DNA of 63,477 nt, filler included, from Chiloscyllium plagiosum (taxonomy: Eukaryota), in the NCBI RefSeq assembly GCF_004010195.1. It is 5 parts of one record of this genome, joined end to end, with 100 filler letters (N's around TTAATTAATTAA, not from the genome) between each part and the next. Parts side by side here need not be neighbours in the genome. Positions count along the whole stretch, not along the records: positions 1 to 14,794 come from NC_057713.1; 4 more parts are not named here. The stretch is one strand, 5' to 3'. The notes beneath the pieces were generated by a model. It was not told the origin of the DNA and did not search any database. It saw only the letters and a list, made by a program, of their open reading frames with translations. Below are positions 1 through 12,835 of this stretch, piece after piece. A program made the position numbers and the translations under genes. The number at the start of each line of letters is the position of its first letter. Within the stretch, counting starts at the first letter, position 1.

Positions 1-1127
1 TCCTCGTCGTGTAGGTGTCGCTTCCCCCCTCGCTAGGTGGCTTTGGGAGGTTTCCTCTTCCTGCTTTTGACAGTAATCCAATCCTCTGCCTCCTTTGATC
101 CCTCCTCTTCCATTTCCTCCATCTGTCTTAAAGGAGCTTGGATCGGCTGCTGCATCTCCCCGCTGTCTGCCGTCTGCTCCGCTACAGCCTACCCTTCCTT
201 CTAGGTGCCTCCAGACACCGTTCCCATGCTGTTTTGTGGTACCTTCCTGGTCTTAGGCGATCCACGGCTCGTGTTGCCACCTCCGGCCATCTGTGTGTAG
301 GTGGCGGCCCCTCATCTTGGGCAGGCCTTGTACATGAGGCCCGCCTCTCCGCACAGATTACAGTTCTTGACCTCCTTACATTCCTTGGTCGGGTGGCCTT
401 CCTGCTTGCAGTTTCGACAGATGGTCACCTTGCAATCCGTCGCCATGTGGCCTGACCTCCCGCAGGTTTGGCACACTTTTGGCTGCCCTGCGTATGTCAG
501 GTAACCTCTGCTTCTTCCGATGGCAAAGCTGGAGGGTGGGTGGAGGATGTTCCCACTGGCATCGACCCTCAGGGTTACCCTGACCTGTCGTTTGCTGGTC
601 CAGATCCCGAAAGGATCGACCACATCGGTACTCTCTCCCTCGACCTGGACGTGTCTTCTCAGGAAGGTCAGGACATCTGCTGCTGGGACGTGAGGGTTGT
701 ACATCTGGATTGTTACAACACACAATGGGACCGCCGACAAGATGGAGAACAGAGGTTCCCCTTCCTTCTCCTTGAAGACCTTCGGGAGCTACTCGCAATT
801 CTTCATGCTCCTGAAGGTCACGTCGAAATAGCCTGCTGCAGGCTGTGTTGCGAATGCCCTGGCCTGGGCTACGAGCGGCTGCTGAGGCCATTGCTCTGAG
901 GTTGGCTGGTACCTGAATTGGCGTTAGGCCGAAGCCAGCATAAAGATCTACCAAGAGTAGGTCAGCACAACCAAACGATCCTCCAATGTCCAATCATGAT
1001 CCAGTGATGGTCTCCAGCAGCTCCAATGACTCGCAACATGATCCCCGTGGTTTCTCCCCCGCCAGCACACGTCCGCTGCTTCGAACCTGCAGCACTCGAG
1101 CAGAATCTCTTCCTCTGGTCCTCAGGA
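1..1127 (-). mobile_element. Tx1/Keno-type non-LTR retrotransposon: 5' UTR and disrupted ORF1 (ZCCHC3-like zinc-knuckle protein), running out of the window
   Basis: Three CCHC-type knuckles (CQTCGRSGHMATDC, CRNCKQEGHPTKEC, CNLCGEAGLMYKAC with His lost), plus GYFDVTF and GIWTSKRQV motifs. Likely start ATG at 891-889. A frame break and an in-frame stop are present. Confidence 0.85.
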
Positions 1128-1163
1128 ACTACACATATTCCGAGCCAAAAGGCCGAGAAGTGA
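1128..1163 (-). pseudogene. U2 snRNA 5' fragment (about nt 2-37) heading the Tx1/Keno element
   Basis: Minus strand reads TCACTTCTCGGCCTTTTGGCTCGGAATATGTGTAGT against recalled U2 TCGCTTCTCGGCCTTTTGGCTAAGATCAAGTGTAGT. There is an 18-nt perfect block and the branch-point-pairing GTGTAGT. Confidence 0.85.
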
Positions 1164-2127
1164 CAAAAAATACTGCTAGCAACTCCCCCCACATTTGTGG
1201 GAATGGCTGGGCAAACCCTGGACTCAGTTAAATATCGACCATGCCAGTCCTTTCATGGACTCTATATTTTTAGTCACTGTATGTGCCCACTCAAAGTATT
1301 TGGACATCAAACACAGGAATGATTGAAAAGTTGCAAGCATGTTTTGCAATACACGGACTGCCGGGGTGTTGGCAACAGACAATGGGCCATCATTTACCAG
1401 CAGGGAATTTGAGTATCCCCTAAAGTCAAATGACATTCAGAAAACCATCTATTGCCCAATGGTCTGGTGGAAACAGCAGTCCAAACTTTGAATGCTGGCT
1501 TAAAGAAACAACCTACAGCTCACTTGATACCAAACTGTCCTGGTTGCTGTTTGATGATTAGAACTAGCCCTCACACAACTACAGAGACAGCTCCGGCAGA
1601 GTTGTGAATGGGAAGAAGACTCTGCATCAGGTTAAATCTGATCTTCCCGGACCTGGGATGGAGGATGACATGATGTCAAGAACATTAATATTGGACACAA
1701 GCCTCCTCTAAGTAAAAGAGACAGTCTATTTCAGGGGACAAAATTTGGTGCCCTGCATTGACACCATGCATGGGGAAGAGACATGGTCGATGCAAGGTCA
1801 GGTCATGACATACAAAGTTCAGGTTGGGGTGAGGTGGTCATGAATAAGCAAGTGGACCACATGAAAGCTGCAACCTCGCAAATAGGGCAGGAGCAAAACA
1901 TACCTGCCCCCTCAGAACATCCGGCAAAGTAGTTAGACCCTGAGGAGGGGATGGACATGACAGATTTCACAGCTTCGATGCCGTTACTGCCTAAAGAAGA
2001 AGATGAATTCCTGCCGAGAAGCGAGCTACAGATCGGTATGCTCTGCCAGTATCTGAGTTAGAGTTGGAATAACCAGACCTAGCGAAAATGCTCCAGGAGA
2101 AGCTACAGGACTTGAGAGATGGAGGGA
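1164..2127 (+). mobile_element. Decayed Gypsy/Ty3 integrase region and polypurine tract
   Basis: Manual translation gives HLWEWLGKPWTQLNIDHASPF..., FAIHGLPGVLATDNGPSFTSREF... and TTETAPAEL, with stops and frameshifts. GAGAGATGGAGGGA lies just before the LTR TG. Confidence 0.85.
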
Positions 2128-2172
2128 TGTAGTAATTGGAATGAGCTCAGCCAGATAAACCTCATAGAATAT

Positions 2173-2363
2173 TAAAAATCACACAACACCAAGTTATGGT
2201 CCAACAGGTTTAATTGGAAGCACTAGCTTTCGGAGCGACGCTCCTTCATCAGGTGATTCACCTGATGAAGGAGCTAGTGCTTCCAATTAAACCTGTTGGA
2301 CTATAACCTGGTGTTGTGTGATTTTTAACTTTGTACACCCCAGTCCAACACCGGCATCTCCGA
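2173..2363. mobile_element. Fold-back Penelope-type terminus with hammerhead motif
   Basis: Inverted arms centred at ~2257. 12-bp TSD CTCATAGAATAT at 2161-2172 and 2364-2375. Confidence 0.8.
2221..2255 (-). ncRNA. Minimal type I hammerhead ribozyme motif
   Basis: CAC-CUGAUGA-a-GGAGC-guc-GCUCC-GAA-AGCU-A-GUG: stem I CAC/GUG, stem II 5 bp, palindromic stem III AGCU. Confidence 0.7.
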
Positions 2364-3339
2364 CTCATAGAATATGACTGCCTTGATCGCGGCTGTTAAT
2401 CTGATCCAATTAAGGAGCTCTGGCTGAAAGATATAAACAGGAGTGTCAATGGTCCTCCTCACTCTGGGGAGTTGACTGGGTGTAAATAAAGGGTGACTTG
2501 ATGATAGGATACCTGTCTTCATGGAGTTATTTCAGGAACTAGGCCTTTCATTAGTGGAAATAACTACACATTCGTTAGATCCACACCAATCTCATCTCAC
2601 CTCAGGAAATTTCCACACATACCTACTTTTGTTGCTGTATTAATTGGAAAATAAAACTCCAGTCCCAAGTGTGACTGTGTTTTTCCCCTCAAGAAAAGGC
2701 ATATCCCTGAGCATTAAATAGAGAGCTGCTGTAAACTTATAAAGTAAAACCTCAACTGTAACATTACCTGATATTCAAGCAGCTGCCCTCAGCGTTTTAA
2801 TATGTTCAGGTTTCAATGCTTATTAAAGATTTAGTAGCTATAATCTTACTAACTCTTGAGATTAAATCAATTAGATACAACACACAGAAAGTCATGTGGC
2901 TTGTGATAATATTGATTTTTCCATTGGGAGGTGTTCACTTTAACAAAAGTTGCTGAATTTGCAAATGGTCTAAGTTCTACAAGCATATCTCTTCTGCCTG
3001 ATCCTGCAAAAAGTTTTTAAAAGTGGCTTGCTAGTTTTGGACAAATAAATCAAGCTTCAACCTAAATTTTTAATCAAGACAACAACGGAATCCACAATAG
3101 AATTGTGGAGTTTTTATAGTGCAGAATCACCAACAGGAATTCAATGCTGAGTCGCAAACGTTTGGTTAATTCTGTGTTTAATAAAATGTGGAATGCTTAC
3201 AACAGGGACAATACAGTTTGATGCAAAATCAAGTACCTACTACTCTACACAGTGTGTAGATCCCAATTTCAGGACATTATTCTATTATCATGGTATTTTC
3301 CATTAATGGCACAAGCCCTCATTGAGTATTTTCTTGCTT

Positions 3340-3880
3340 TATCTGCTCATGGGTTCTAAGTATCACTTGCTAGGCCAGTATTATCTGCCCATTGGTAATT
3401 GCCCTTGAACCACTGTAATTCGTTATGTGTAGGGACACCGCAGTGCTGCTCGGAACAGAGTTCCCGAATTCTGAGCCAGCAGCAGTGAAGAATATTGCTT
3501 CAAGTCAGAATGGCGTGTGGCTTGAAGGATAAATTGCAGTTGCTGGTACTCCTCAGCTCTTGTCACTCTTGCAGAGAGAAGGTGAGGGTTTGAATGTTGC
3601 TGTAACTTTGGTGAATTATTCCAGGGCATCTTACAGATGGTACACAAATCTGCCACTGTGTTAGTGGTGAAGACAGTCAATGCCGAAAGTGATGGAATGG
3701 CCCATCATTCAAGCCAATTGCTTTGTCTTGGGTGGTATTGACTGTTGAGTGTGGCTGGAGTTGCATCCATCCAGGCAAATGGAGAATACTCCATCATATG
3801 CCTTCCTTATGCCTTGTAGATACAGGACAGACTTTCCAGAGACAGCAAGTGAGTTACTTGTCAATTCGATCCAAGCTAGT
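3340..3880 (-). mobile_element. 3' fragment of the LINE family seen at 10383-14008
   Basis: Reverse complement of the family 3' tail (AAGGGCAATTA..ATGGGCA.ATAA..CTGGCC) and of the adjacent RT 3' region. Boundaries approximate. Confidence 0.6.
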
Positions 3881-4094
3881 GAGACAGAAGCCAAACAAGC
3901 TCGCTGTGCTTTTCCAGCACCACTCTAATCTAAGCTCCTTTATGGTTACAGTTTATCAGTAATTACAGCTTCTTCCAGACCAGATTCTAAGTGGGATAAT
4001 AGGAGTGTGCTCCTTCTTACAAGTCATTGTAATGAGCGACAAGGTAGAGAAAAAGCTTATTGCAGATATTTTCCAATAAATCTGTTCAAAGATG

Positions 4095-4181
4095 TTATTG
4101 CACATCTCTGGAGGAAATGGGATCTGGCCTTATGCCTCCTATCTTAGAGGTAGGGACATTACCACTGCACTGTAAGAACCC
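4095..4181 (-). mobile_element. tRNA-derived SINE head (related copies at ~4580-4655 and ~8735-8797)
   Basis: Minus strand GCAGTGGTAATGTCCCTACCTCT (A-box-like). The 8.7-kb copy shows GGTTCAAGTCC (B-box). Confidence 0.55.
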
Positions 4182-5397
4182 TTCATTCTCTTTTTAATTT
4201 TTTACTTTGCTCAGAAGTGCTCTCACACACCACTGAACATTTTTTCCATCATCGAATCTCCACATTAGTTTTTATTTCTCCTTTATCTTCCACCATCAAT
4301 CACTCTGTTTCCAATTAATGACCTATTTAAAAGCAAACCCATCAAGGGTCTGTTCCTTTTTATATCTACCCAATTAATCAATTAATCCATTACCTGCTTA
4401 ACTATTTGGTATATTAACAGATGCCTCTCTTTTTAAATAATAAGTTTCCCAACAATCTGTAATCAAAATGATATTTTACATATTCAATGTTTTTTTTAGA
4501 AAACATACATCCTTCCATATTCCTCTTTAGTTCTTTGAACAAGCCAAACATGTTTAAATTATTTGTCCTAATCAACCTGTTATTACACATCTCTGGGGCA
4601 GGTGGGCATCCCCTGTCCAGAGGTAAGGGCAGTACCACTGCAGCACAAGCACCCTTACTAAACATGCTTAATCACAAAACAAAACAAACAAAATTTGATT
4701 TTTAAAAATATTTTGTTTGTAATTTCTCACACTACCAGGTCTCCCTCTCTCTCATTCACTCTTGGGAAAACGTAATTTTTGAGAAATAGTCTGACAACTG
4801 GCAACTTTCATGAACCCAATTTATGTTAGTAATATCTTTTCTTTCTAACATTTACTTTAAACCAGCAAGGTCAATCCTCAATCTTGTCTCAGTAACACCC
4901 TTTGTCAAATGTATGTTGTCCTAGAGAGAACAGTTATCCACATAACTTGCCATGGGCAAACATTTCTTAGATTATCCCATATATAAGTCTTCCTTCAGAA
5001 TATTGAATGGACACACTCCTGTATTGTTGGCTTCAACTAGCACCAATGTTTCAGTAACTAGGGTACTTTTAGCTACTTTTTTTTGGCTTCCAAAAACAAC
5101 GAACATTTATTAATATTTTCCATAAAATATATGATAAACCCTGCCATAGGTGAGTGGCCATTCAAAAGATTGGCACTTGAAAGTTCTCTGCAAAGAACAG
5201 GTTTCACATCTTTTCAGCTAGTGCTAGAAACTTGAGTCTATGGTCTCTACAGTTAATTTCCTTAATAGTTATTTACCCTCAAGACTTCCTCAGTGGTAAC
5301 ATGCATCATCTTTATACTCAGTTCCAATAAGTCATAATGGGCATATGGTCTAGTTTTTGTGCACAACCATTTTAACTGTCCAATCATAAAAGTCCTT

Positions 5398-7480
5398 CAA
5401 ATGCTGAAGATCTAAAATAAAAATAGAGAATGGTAAAGAGCGGGTCGGACAGCATTGAGAGAGACAGAAGCAGAGTTAATGTCTCAATTTCAGTATGACT
5501 TTTTTCTAAATTGATGGGGCTGGGAAAGTGATAGCTTTTATGCCATTGAGAGTGGGTGAGAGAATGAGAAAGTAGAATAGATGGTAAAGTTGTCAGGGCA
5601 AAAGGCAAAGAGAGTCCTGATGGTAGTAGTGAGAGACAGAAGAAGAATTGGAGTTGATGATAGATCTAATCGCAGAAAATAGGTCAACTCTACTGTGATG
5701 CAAACAAGACAATGGAGTGGTGGAGAGGGGGCATATAATCAAAATGGAGGACAGAGTTCATGGTCTGAAGTTGTTGAACTCAATATTGAATCCAAAAGAC
5801 TTTAAAGTAACTTTCTAAGTAGGAAAGCGGTGTTGTTCTTCCAGCTGGTATTGGAACACTGTAGGACAAAGATGTAGCAAAAGAGTAAGAGGAAATGGCA
5901 TGCAACTGGAAGGTCACAGTATTTCTTACAACAGGGTGGAGGTGTTCTGAAAACCAGGCACTTTATGTACATTTGGTCTCACTGATGTAAGTAAGACAGC
6001 ATTATGAGCAGCAAATAGAAACACAGGAGCACAGAGAATAGGAGCAGGAGTAGTTCATTTGGTCTGCTTTTAGCCTGCTCCACCATTCAGTATGATCATG
6101 GCTGAATACAGTAGGCTATACCGAAACTAATGCAAGAAAAGGACTGTTTCACTTGGAAAGTGTGTCTGACGTCTTAAATACTCTGGAGGGAGGGAGGATT
6201 TAAAAGGCTGTATGTTACATTCACTGCTATTGTATGCGAAACTACTATGGGGGTAGGGGGTGTGGTGATGGGATTAACAGAGGAGGGGGCCAGGACCTTG
6301 CAGAAGGAACAGTCCCAATGGAGCTTTGATAATGGAGGGAAGAGGGAGATATATTTGTTGATGAAATCCTGCTGGAAGCATCAGAAAAGGCAAAGGACAA
6401 TTCTTTGAATATTAAAACTGGATGGAAAGTGAGGACAAAGAGAATCTTATTATTATTCTGGGAGAGAGGAGAAGTGGTGAAGACAGATAATGGGTCAGAC
6501 ACAGCCAAGTATCCTCTCAATGATGCTGGGGAGGGAAGTGAATCATCAGCTGAGAAAAAAGGAAGGCATGTCAGAAACACCATTGTGGTATCATCAGAAC
6601 AGATGGAGCTGAAATGGAGAAACTTTGATATTGAATGGCGCCCTTACCAGAAGCAGGGTGTGAGAAACTATAGTCAAGCTATTTGTGGGAGTCACTGGGT
6701 TTCCAGCAATGGAACCAATGAAGTTAAGGAAGGGAACAATGCTTCATCTAAGCTTGTTGGCTGAATCATAGAATCATACAGTACAGAAGAGATTTTTCAG
6801 CCAATTAAGGCTGTACCACCTAAATTCCACTGCTACCTACACCTTGTCCTTCTTTCCTGCACTAGGCCAAAGTGCTCACCCAAGTACTTTTTAATGGCTG
6901 TGAGGTTCCCAGTCTCAACTACCCTCCCAGGAAATGCATTCCAGACCTTCACCACCCTCTCAGTGAAAATGTTTTCCTTCAAATCCCTTCTAAACCTCTT
7001 GCCTTCCATTTTAAAATGATGCCCCTTTGTTATTGACCCTACAACTGAGAGGAGCAGTTGATTTCTATCTGTCTTGTTCATTCCCCTCATAATCCCTTAC
7101 ATCTCAATCAGATGTCCCCCTCAAACCTTCCTTGCTCTCTTCATAACTAAACTGCTTCATCCCAGGCAACATGCTAGTGAATCTTCTCTGCACCTCCTTC
7201 AGTCCAATTAGATCCTTTCTACGGCCTACTCCAAGTTTCCAATGAGGATGGAAATTGAGAGTAAAGCTCATTAATCTTTCCAATTCCAGCTGACAGCACA
7301 ATGCAACCCTTTTCATTTGAGACCATCTTGCCCTCATGCTAACATTTCTTTACCACTCTATTGCCAAGTCCCAGCAAAGCTCAGTGCAAACTGGAGAAAC
7401 AGCACTTTATTTTCACTTAGACATATTACAGCTTTCAAGACTCAACATTGGGTTAAACAACTTTAGATAACAAACTCTAT
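5398..7480 (-). mobile_element. Old Penelope-like element (minus strand) with an inverted plus-strand GIY-YIG C-terminal fragment at ~7310-7480, interrupted by CR1
   Basis: ORF 6245-6583 contains FVLTFHP, matching PLVLTFHP of the 58-kb PLE. The plus fragment encodes KQHFIFT...RLNIGLNNF. A terminus-like sequence lies at ~5398-5510. Confidence 0.6.
6764..7220 (-). mobile_element. CR1/HER1-type LINE 3' fragment
   Basis: TKGHHFKM...FTERVVKVWNAFP and EVQRRFTSMLPG motifs; short repeat tail. Confidence 0.85.
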
Positions 7481-7789
7481 GTTCATTACAAATCATGTTC
7501 CCCCTTGCTATCTTGTTTTCATCGGTTGCTCTCAGCAGAGCTGAATTATTTACAGAGTCTATGAATGGTTATTCAAAAGTATGATAGGAACAACTGGAAT
7601 GGCAACTTGGGGGTCTTCAATGGTTTAATTTTGCTGTGCTGTGAATACAGAGGTAGAAAGGCTGCTTTGACTTGGCTGTCTGTCTCTATGTTGTGTCATT
7701 TATCAACGAATGCCTCATCATCATTGACCCCTCTAGATTCAATATAAATACTACCATACAACCTTTCAAATGTACTACCTCTTTCACCA

Positions 7790-8030
7790 AGAAGGACAAG
7801 GGCAGCAAACACATGGGAACACCGTCATCTGCAAGTTCCCCTCCAAGTCACTCATGATCCTGACTTGGAACAATATCCTTTGCTCTCACTGGGTCAATAT
7901 CCTGGATCTCTCTCCCTAATACTATTGTGGGTCTACCTGCGCCAAACAGATTGCAGTGGTTCACAAGCTTCAAGAGCAACTAATGATCGTCAACAAATGT
8001 TAGCCCTCCCAGCGACACCCACATAAGAAA
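7790..8030 (+). mobile_element. 3' end fragment of the 10383-14008 LINE family
   Basis: Shares CTGCAAGTTCCCCTCC...CCTGACTTGGAA...GGGTCAA.ATCCTGGA with 13760-14000. Confidence 0.65.
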
Positions 8031-8937
8031 TGTATTTAATAAGTCATCTTTCTAATAAATTTTGATCATAAATTTCCATAGTATTTCCAAATCATCCTCA
8101 GCATCCAATTGTTGCTCCCAAATACGTAACACCATCTCCTTGCTTCTAACACAAAGTAATGGTGCTAAGACCACAACCTGTATGTTCTTGGTTGCCCATT
8201 AATCGTAAGGCCCAACATCACAAACATCAGTAGTAAGTCATATCCTGACCATTTGCACTTAGTTTCAGTCATTCTTCACCAAAGTAACTTCAATATAATC
8301 AACTGTTTGAAATGGATACATGGCTTCCATCCTTTGCTACCAGAGTCATTTCAGATCCAAGATAGTTGGTGAGATGGAAACCAGGCACCTTTTTTTTCCA
8401 GATACAGTTTATTAAATAATTTGTCTTACAGCTCCTTCCACACAATTCCAACTGTTGCCCCATTGTGTTAAATTATTTAATCAACCTGCTTGATATATTA
8501 ATAAAGTGCCTCTGCAGCAGATGGATAGTGAACACAGCCCTTCTGGCCCAAAACTAGGAACACTACCACAAAAACTCCTAATTATGGCATTAGCCTGGGC
8601 CTCTGGGTTATTAGTCCACTACTATTACCAATAAGTCATTGCCTCTTCTTGACTCATCAACTCTCCAGTTGTCAGCTAAACAACTGAATAAGCAATGTTC
8701 AGTTTGCTTTAAATCTAACTATTTGGTCACATTGTGGCCCATCTCTGGGATAGACAGGACTTGAACCTGGACCTTCTGGTCCAGAGGTAGGGACACTCCT
8801 TCCTTTCCCAATTTACATCCTCCCAGTCAACTAATTTACCCCAATCATTAGCAGAACTCCTAGCTTTATTAATACTACTCACTACCGAATTCCTAACCTC
8901 CAAATTGGTTGTGCCACCACAGTATATGTACAGCTGG

Positions 8938-9376
8938 ACATAGAACATAGAACATAGAACATAGAACATTACAGCACAGCACAGCACAAGCCCTTCAGCC
9001 CTCAATGTTGCGCCGACCAGTCATACTAATCTGAAGCCCATCGAACCTACACTCTTCTATGTATGTCCATATGCTTGTTCAATGACAACTTAAATGCACT
9101 TAAAGTTGGCAAATCTACTACCGTTGCAGGCAAAGCATTCCATACCCTTACTACTCTCTGAGTAAAGAAACTATCTCTGACATCTGTCCTATATCTATCA
9201 CCCCTCAATTTAAAGCTATGCCCCCTCATGCTCACCGTCACCATACTTGGAAAAAGGCTCTCCCTGTCCACCCTATCTAATCCTCTGATTATCTTATATG
9301 TTTCTATTAAGTCACCTCTCAACCTTCTTCTCTCTAATGAAAACAGCCTCAAGTCCCTCAGCCTTTCCTCGTAAGA
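8938..9376 (-). mobile_element. CR1/HER1-type LINE 3' end with (TTCTATG)n tail
   Basis: ORF 9047-9352 RLFSLERRRLRGDLIETYKII...FFTQRVVRVWNALP; (CATAGAA)n on the plus strand. Confidence 0.92.
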
Positions 9377-11489
9377 TGCACATTAATACAACTATATATG
9401 AAGAGAAGTCACTGTTGATCTACGATGCATTTGAATTACATTAGGAGGCAGACTGAAGTATAGAAAGAAGTCCATACAAAGACTGCTCACCCACATATCA
9501 GTGATTACACTTGGAAAGTCATTTATTGACTGTAAGGCTGTGAAAAAGCTACAAAAATGTAAGTTCTATTACTCTAGTTAAAATCAGATGTCTGCAAGTA
9601 AATCAATTGCTGTCAACTTCAATTCGAAGTAGCAACAAAATTAATGTTTAGTTAATAGAATGGGTCTGGTGATATGACTTCAAATAATAGAAGACAATAG
9701 ATCTGTCTTGTAGACTACATTAGTTCACAATAAAGCTATCTAAATTAAATGTTTGCAATCCTCTTTTAAGCTAATTTCTACTATTAAAATAATTAGTGCT
9801 AGAAAAGGGAATGCAACTCTAAAATGTATTCAGTGCTTCAAAGATGCCCCAGTTATTGATAAGTGCAGTGAACTGGGTATTTTAGTTTATACTCACCCCT
9901 GACCCATCCAAAACTGAGTCACTAAAACAATACAAAGAGGCTGAACCTTTGCAGAGTCAGGTGATGCATTTGGATTACATGGATTTCAGCAAGGCTTTTG
10001 ACAAAGTCCCACATACCACACTGGCTGAACAAATTGGCCATGAGGTCCAGGAGAATGCAGCAACCTGGATACAAAATTGGCTTGGTGACAGGAAATGGGT
10101 GATGGCTGTTATTGTGACTGGAAGGCTGTATCCAGTGAGGTCCCACATGACTCCATACTAGATCCTTTCCATCTTCTGCTAAAAATGACTTAGAATAAAT
10201 AGGAGGCTGAGATGTGTAGAGGAAGTGAGCGGCCTTGAACTGAATGGTCATAGATATAGAAAGTAGTAGGACAGGTTGATAAGCAGGCAAATGTAATACT
10301 GTCCTTTAGAAGCTGAGATGTGGAATAGATTTGCTGGGAGGTTATGCTGGAGCTACAAAATATACAATATGCCACATCTTATGGGGAAGGTAATGGCCTA
10401 ATGGTATCATCACTATGTCATCAAGTTAGAAACTCAGCAAACGTTCTGGGTACCTGAGTTTGAATCCTGCTACAGCAGGTGGTGAAATTTGAATTCAATT
10501 TTTAAAAAATTGGAATTAAGAATCTTTTGATGACCATGAAACAATTCTCAACTACCAGAAAAACCCTTCTGGCTCACTTATGCACTTCAGGGAAGGAAAG
10601 CAGCCATCTTTACCTGGTCTGGCCTACACATGACTCCAAAGCCATAGCAATGTGGTTGACTCTTAACCGCCCTCTGAAATGGCTCAGCAAGGCACTCAGT
10701 TGTATCAATCATTACCAAGTCTCAAGTCTCATGAAACCGAATGGCCATCTGACCCAGGCACCAGAAACGACAATGGCAGAAACAGCCTTGTCAACCCTGC
10801 AAACTCTGTGAAAATAACATCTGAGAGCTTGTGCCAAAATTGGGAGAGCTGTCTCACAGATTAGACCATCAACGGTCCGACAAAGTCATACTCACAGAAT
10901 CATCCCTAACAGACAATGTCGCCACCACCATCCCTGGATATGTCCTGTCCCACCGGCAGGACACACCTCAGCAGAAGAGCTGATACTGTGGTACACAGCT
11001 GGGAGCGAGTTCCCCTGAGAGTCCTCTTTACTGACTTGTGACCCCATGAAGTCTCCCGGCTTCAGGTTAAACATGGGCAAGAAAACCTCCTGCTGATTAC
11101 CATATACCGCCCTCCCTCAGCTGATGAATCAGTACTTCTCCATGTTGAACAAAACTTGGAGGAAGCACAAAGTTGACAAGAGCATAGTATATACTCTGGG
11201 AGGAGGAACTCAATGCTGCTCAGTAGTAGCACTACTGCTTGAACAAGTTGGGTGTAAAGGACATAGCTGCTAGATTGGGTCTGTGGCAAGCAATGAGGAA
11301 ACAAACAAGAGGGAGAAACATACTTGACTGTATCCTTACCAATCTGCTAGCTGCAGATGCATCTGTCCATGACAGAATCAGTAAGACTGACCACCACATA
11401 GTCCTTGTGGAGACAAAGTCCTGCATTTACATTGAGAATAACCTCCATCATGTTATATTGTCACAATAAATGGGACAGACTTTGAACAG

Positions 11490-11685
11490 CAGGTCAGGCA
11501 GCATCCAAGGAACAGGAGAATCTACGTTTCGGGCATAAGCCCTTCTTCAGGAATTCCTGAAGAAGGGCTTATGCCCGAAACGTCGATTCTCCTGCTCCTT
11601 GGATGCTGCCTGACCTGCTGCACTTTTCCAGCAACACATTTTTCAGCTCTGATCTCCAGCATCTGCAGTCCTCACTTTCTCCTCG
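11490..11685. mobile_element. Fold-back Penelope-type terminus with two opposed hammerhead cores
   Basis: Palindrome centre CTTCAGGAATTCCTGAAG. CUGAAGA-a-GGGC-uuau-GCCC-GAAACGUC at 11557-11584. 14-bp TSD CAGACTTTGAACAG at 11476-11489 and 11686-11699. Confidence 0.85.
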
Positions 11686-12336
11686 CAGACTTTGAACAGA
11701 TCTAGCAACTCAAGACTGAGATTCCATGAGGCAGTGAAGGTCATTAACAGTAATAGAATTGCACTCCAGCACAAACTGTAACCTCATGGCCCAGCATACC
11801 CCCCCCCCCCCCCCCCCCACTCAACCACTACCATCAAGCCAGGGGGTCATCCTTTGTTTAAAAGAGGGTGCAGGAGCAGTACCAGGTATACCTGAAAATG
11901 AGGTGTCAACCTGTTGAAGCTCCAAGACAGGTCTACTTGCATGCCAAACACCATAAGCAACAAGAGATGCATCCAACTAAGTGATCCCTCAACAAAAAGC
12001 TGTGAGCTCTGCAGTGTTGCCACATCCAGTTATAAATGGATTGTGGACAACTGAACAACTCACTGGAGGAGGAGACTCCACAAATATTCCCATTCCCAAT
12101 GGTGGAAAATCCCAGCACATCAGTGCAAAAGATAAGGGTGAAACTTTTGCAACGATCTTCAGCCAGAAGTGCCAAGTGGATGATTCATCTCAGCCTCCTC
12201 CACCAGCATCACAGATACCAGTCTTTAGCCAATTCGATTCACTCCACGTGATACCAAGAAACAATTGGAGACACAGAATGCTGTAAAGGCTATGGGCCCT
12301 GTCAATATTCCAACAATAGTACTAAAGAATAGTGCT

Positions 12337-12508
12337 AGGAGAAAGTGAGGACTGCAGATGCTGGAGATCAGAGCCGAGAGTGTGGTGCTGGAAAAGCATG
12401 GCAGGTCAGGCAGAATCGAGGACCAGGAGAATTGATGTTTCAGATAAAAGCCCTTCATCAGGAATCATCCTGATGACCTGTTGTGCTTTGCCAACACTAC
12501 ACTCTTGA
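12337..12508. mobile_element. Older fold-back Penelope-type terminus of the same family
   Basis: AGGAGAAAGTGAGGACTGCAGATGCTGGAG end; centre CATCAGGAATCATCCTGATG; degenerate TSD. Confidence 0.7.
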
Positions 12509-12649
12509 CTACAGAGTGCTTCAGAACTAGGTGCTCCCCATACCAAAGGTTCTGGTACAGGCACAACACTTACAAAAATGTAGAAAATTGTCCATGTATT
12601 TCCTGTACAAAGAAAGCAGGACAAATCCAACCCGGTCATTTCATCAAAT

Positions 12650-12835
12650 TCATAGAATTCCTACAGTGAGGAAACAGGACATCTGACCCAACAAGTCCAC
12701 ACCAACCCTCTGAAGAGTAACCCATCCAGACCCATTCCCCTACCCTATTATTTTACATTTCCCCTGACTAACGCACCGAACCTACACATCCCTGAACACT
12801 CTGAGCAATTTAGCATGATCAATGCACCTAACCTG
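12650..12835 (-). mobile_element. HE1-type SINE 3' half
   Basis: Similar to 41277-41430. Confidence 0.7.

Larger units (their letters stand above)
2128..2534 (+). mobile_element. 3' LTR of the Gypsy element (interrupted by a Penelope-type insertion)
   Basis: Begins TGTAGT after the PPT, contains GATATAAA and AATAAA, and ends TTATTTCA. A related copy lies at ~55460-55675. Confidence 0.75.

Noticed and set aside
312..740. Possible host ZCCHC3 gene
   Set aside because: The frame is disrupted, one knuckle His is lost, and it has a retrotransposon 5' UTR with a U2 head inside a Gypsy remnant. It is a Tx1-type ORF1.
1128..1163. Functional U2 snRNA gene
   Set aside because: Only the first ~37 nt are present, with no Sm site, no 3' stems and no promoter.
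8140..8170. HHYFV peptide on the minus strand resembling UTP23 exon 2
   Set aside because: An in-frame stop lies immediately upstream and flanking residues do not match.
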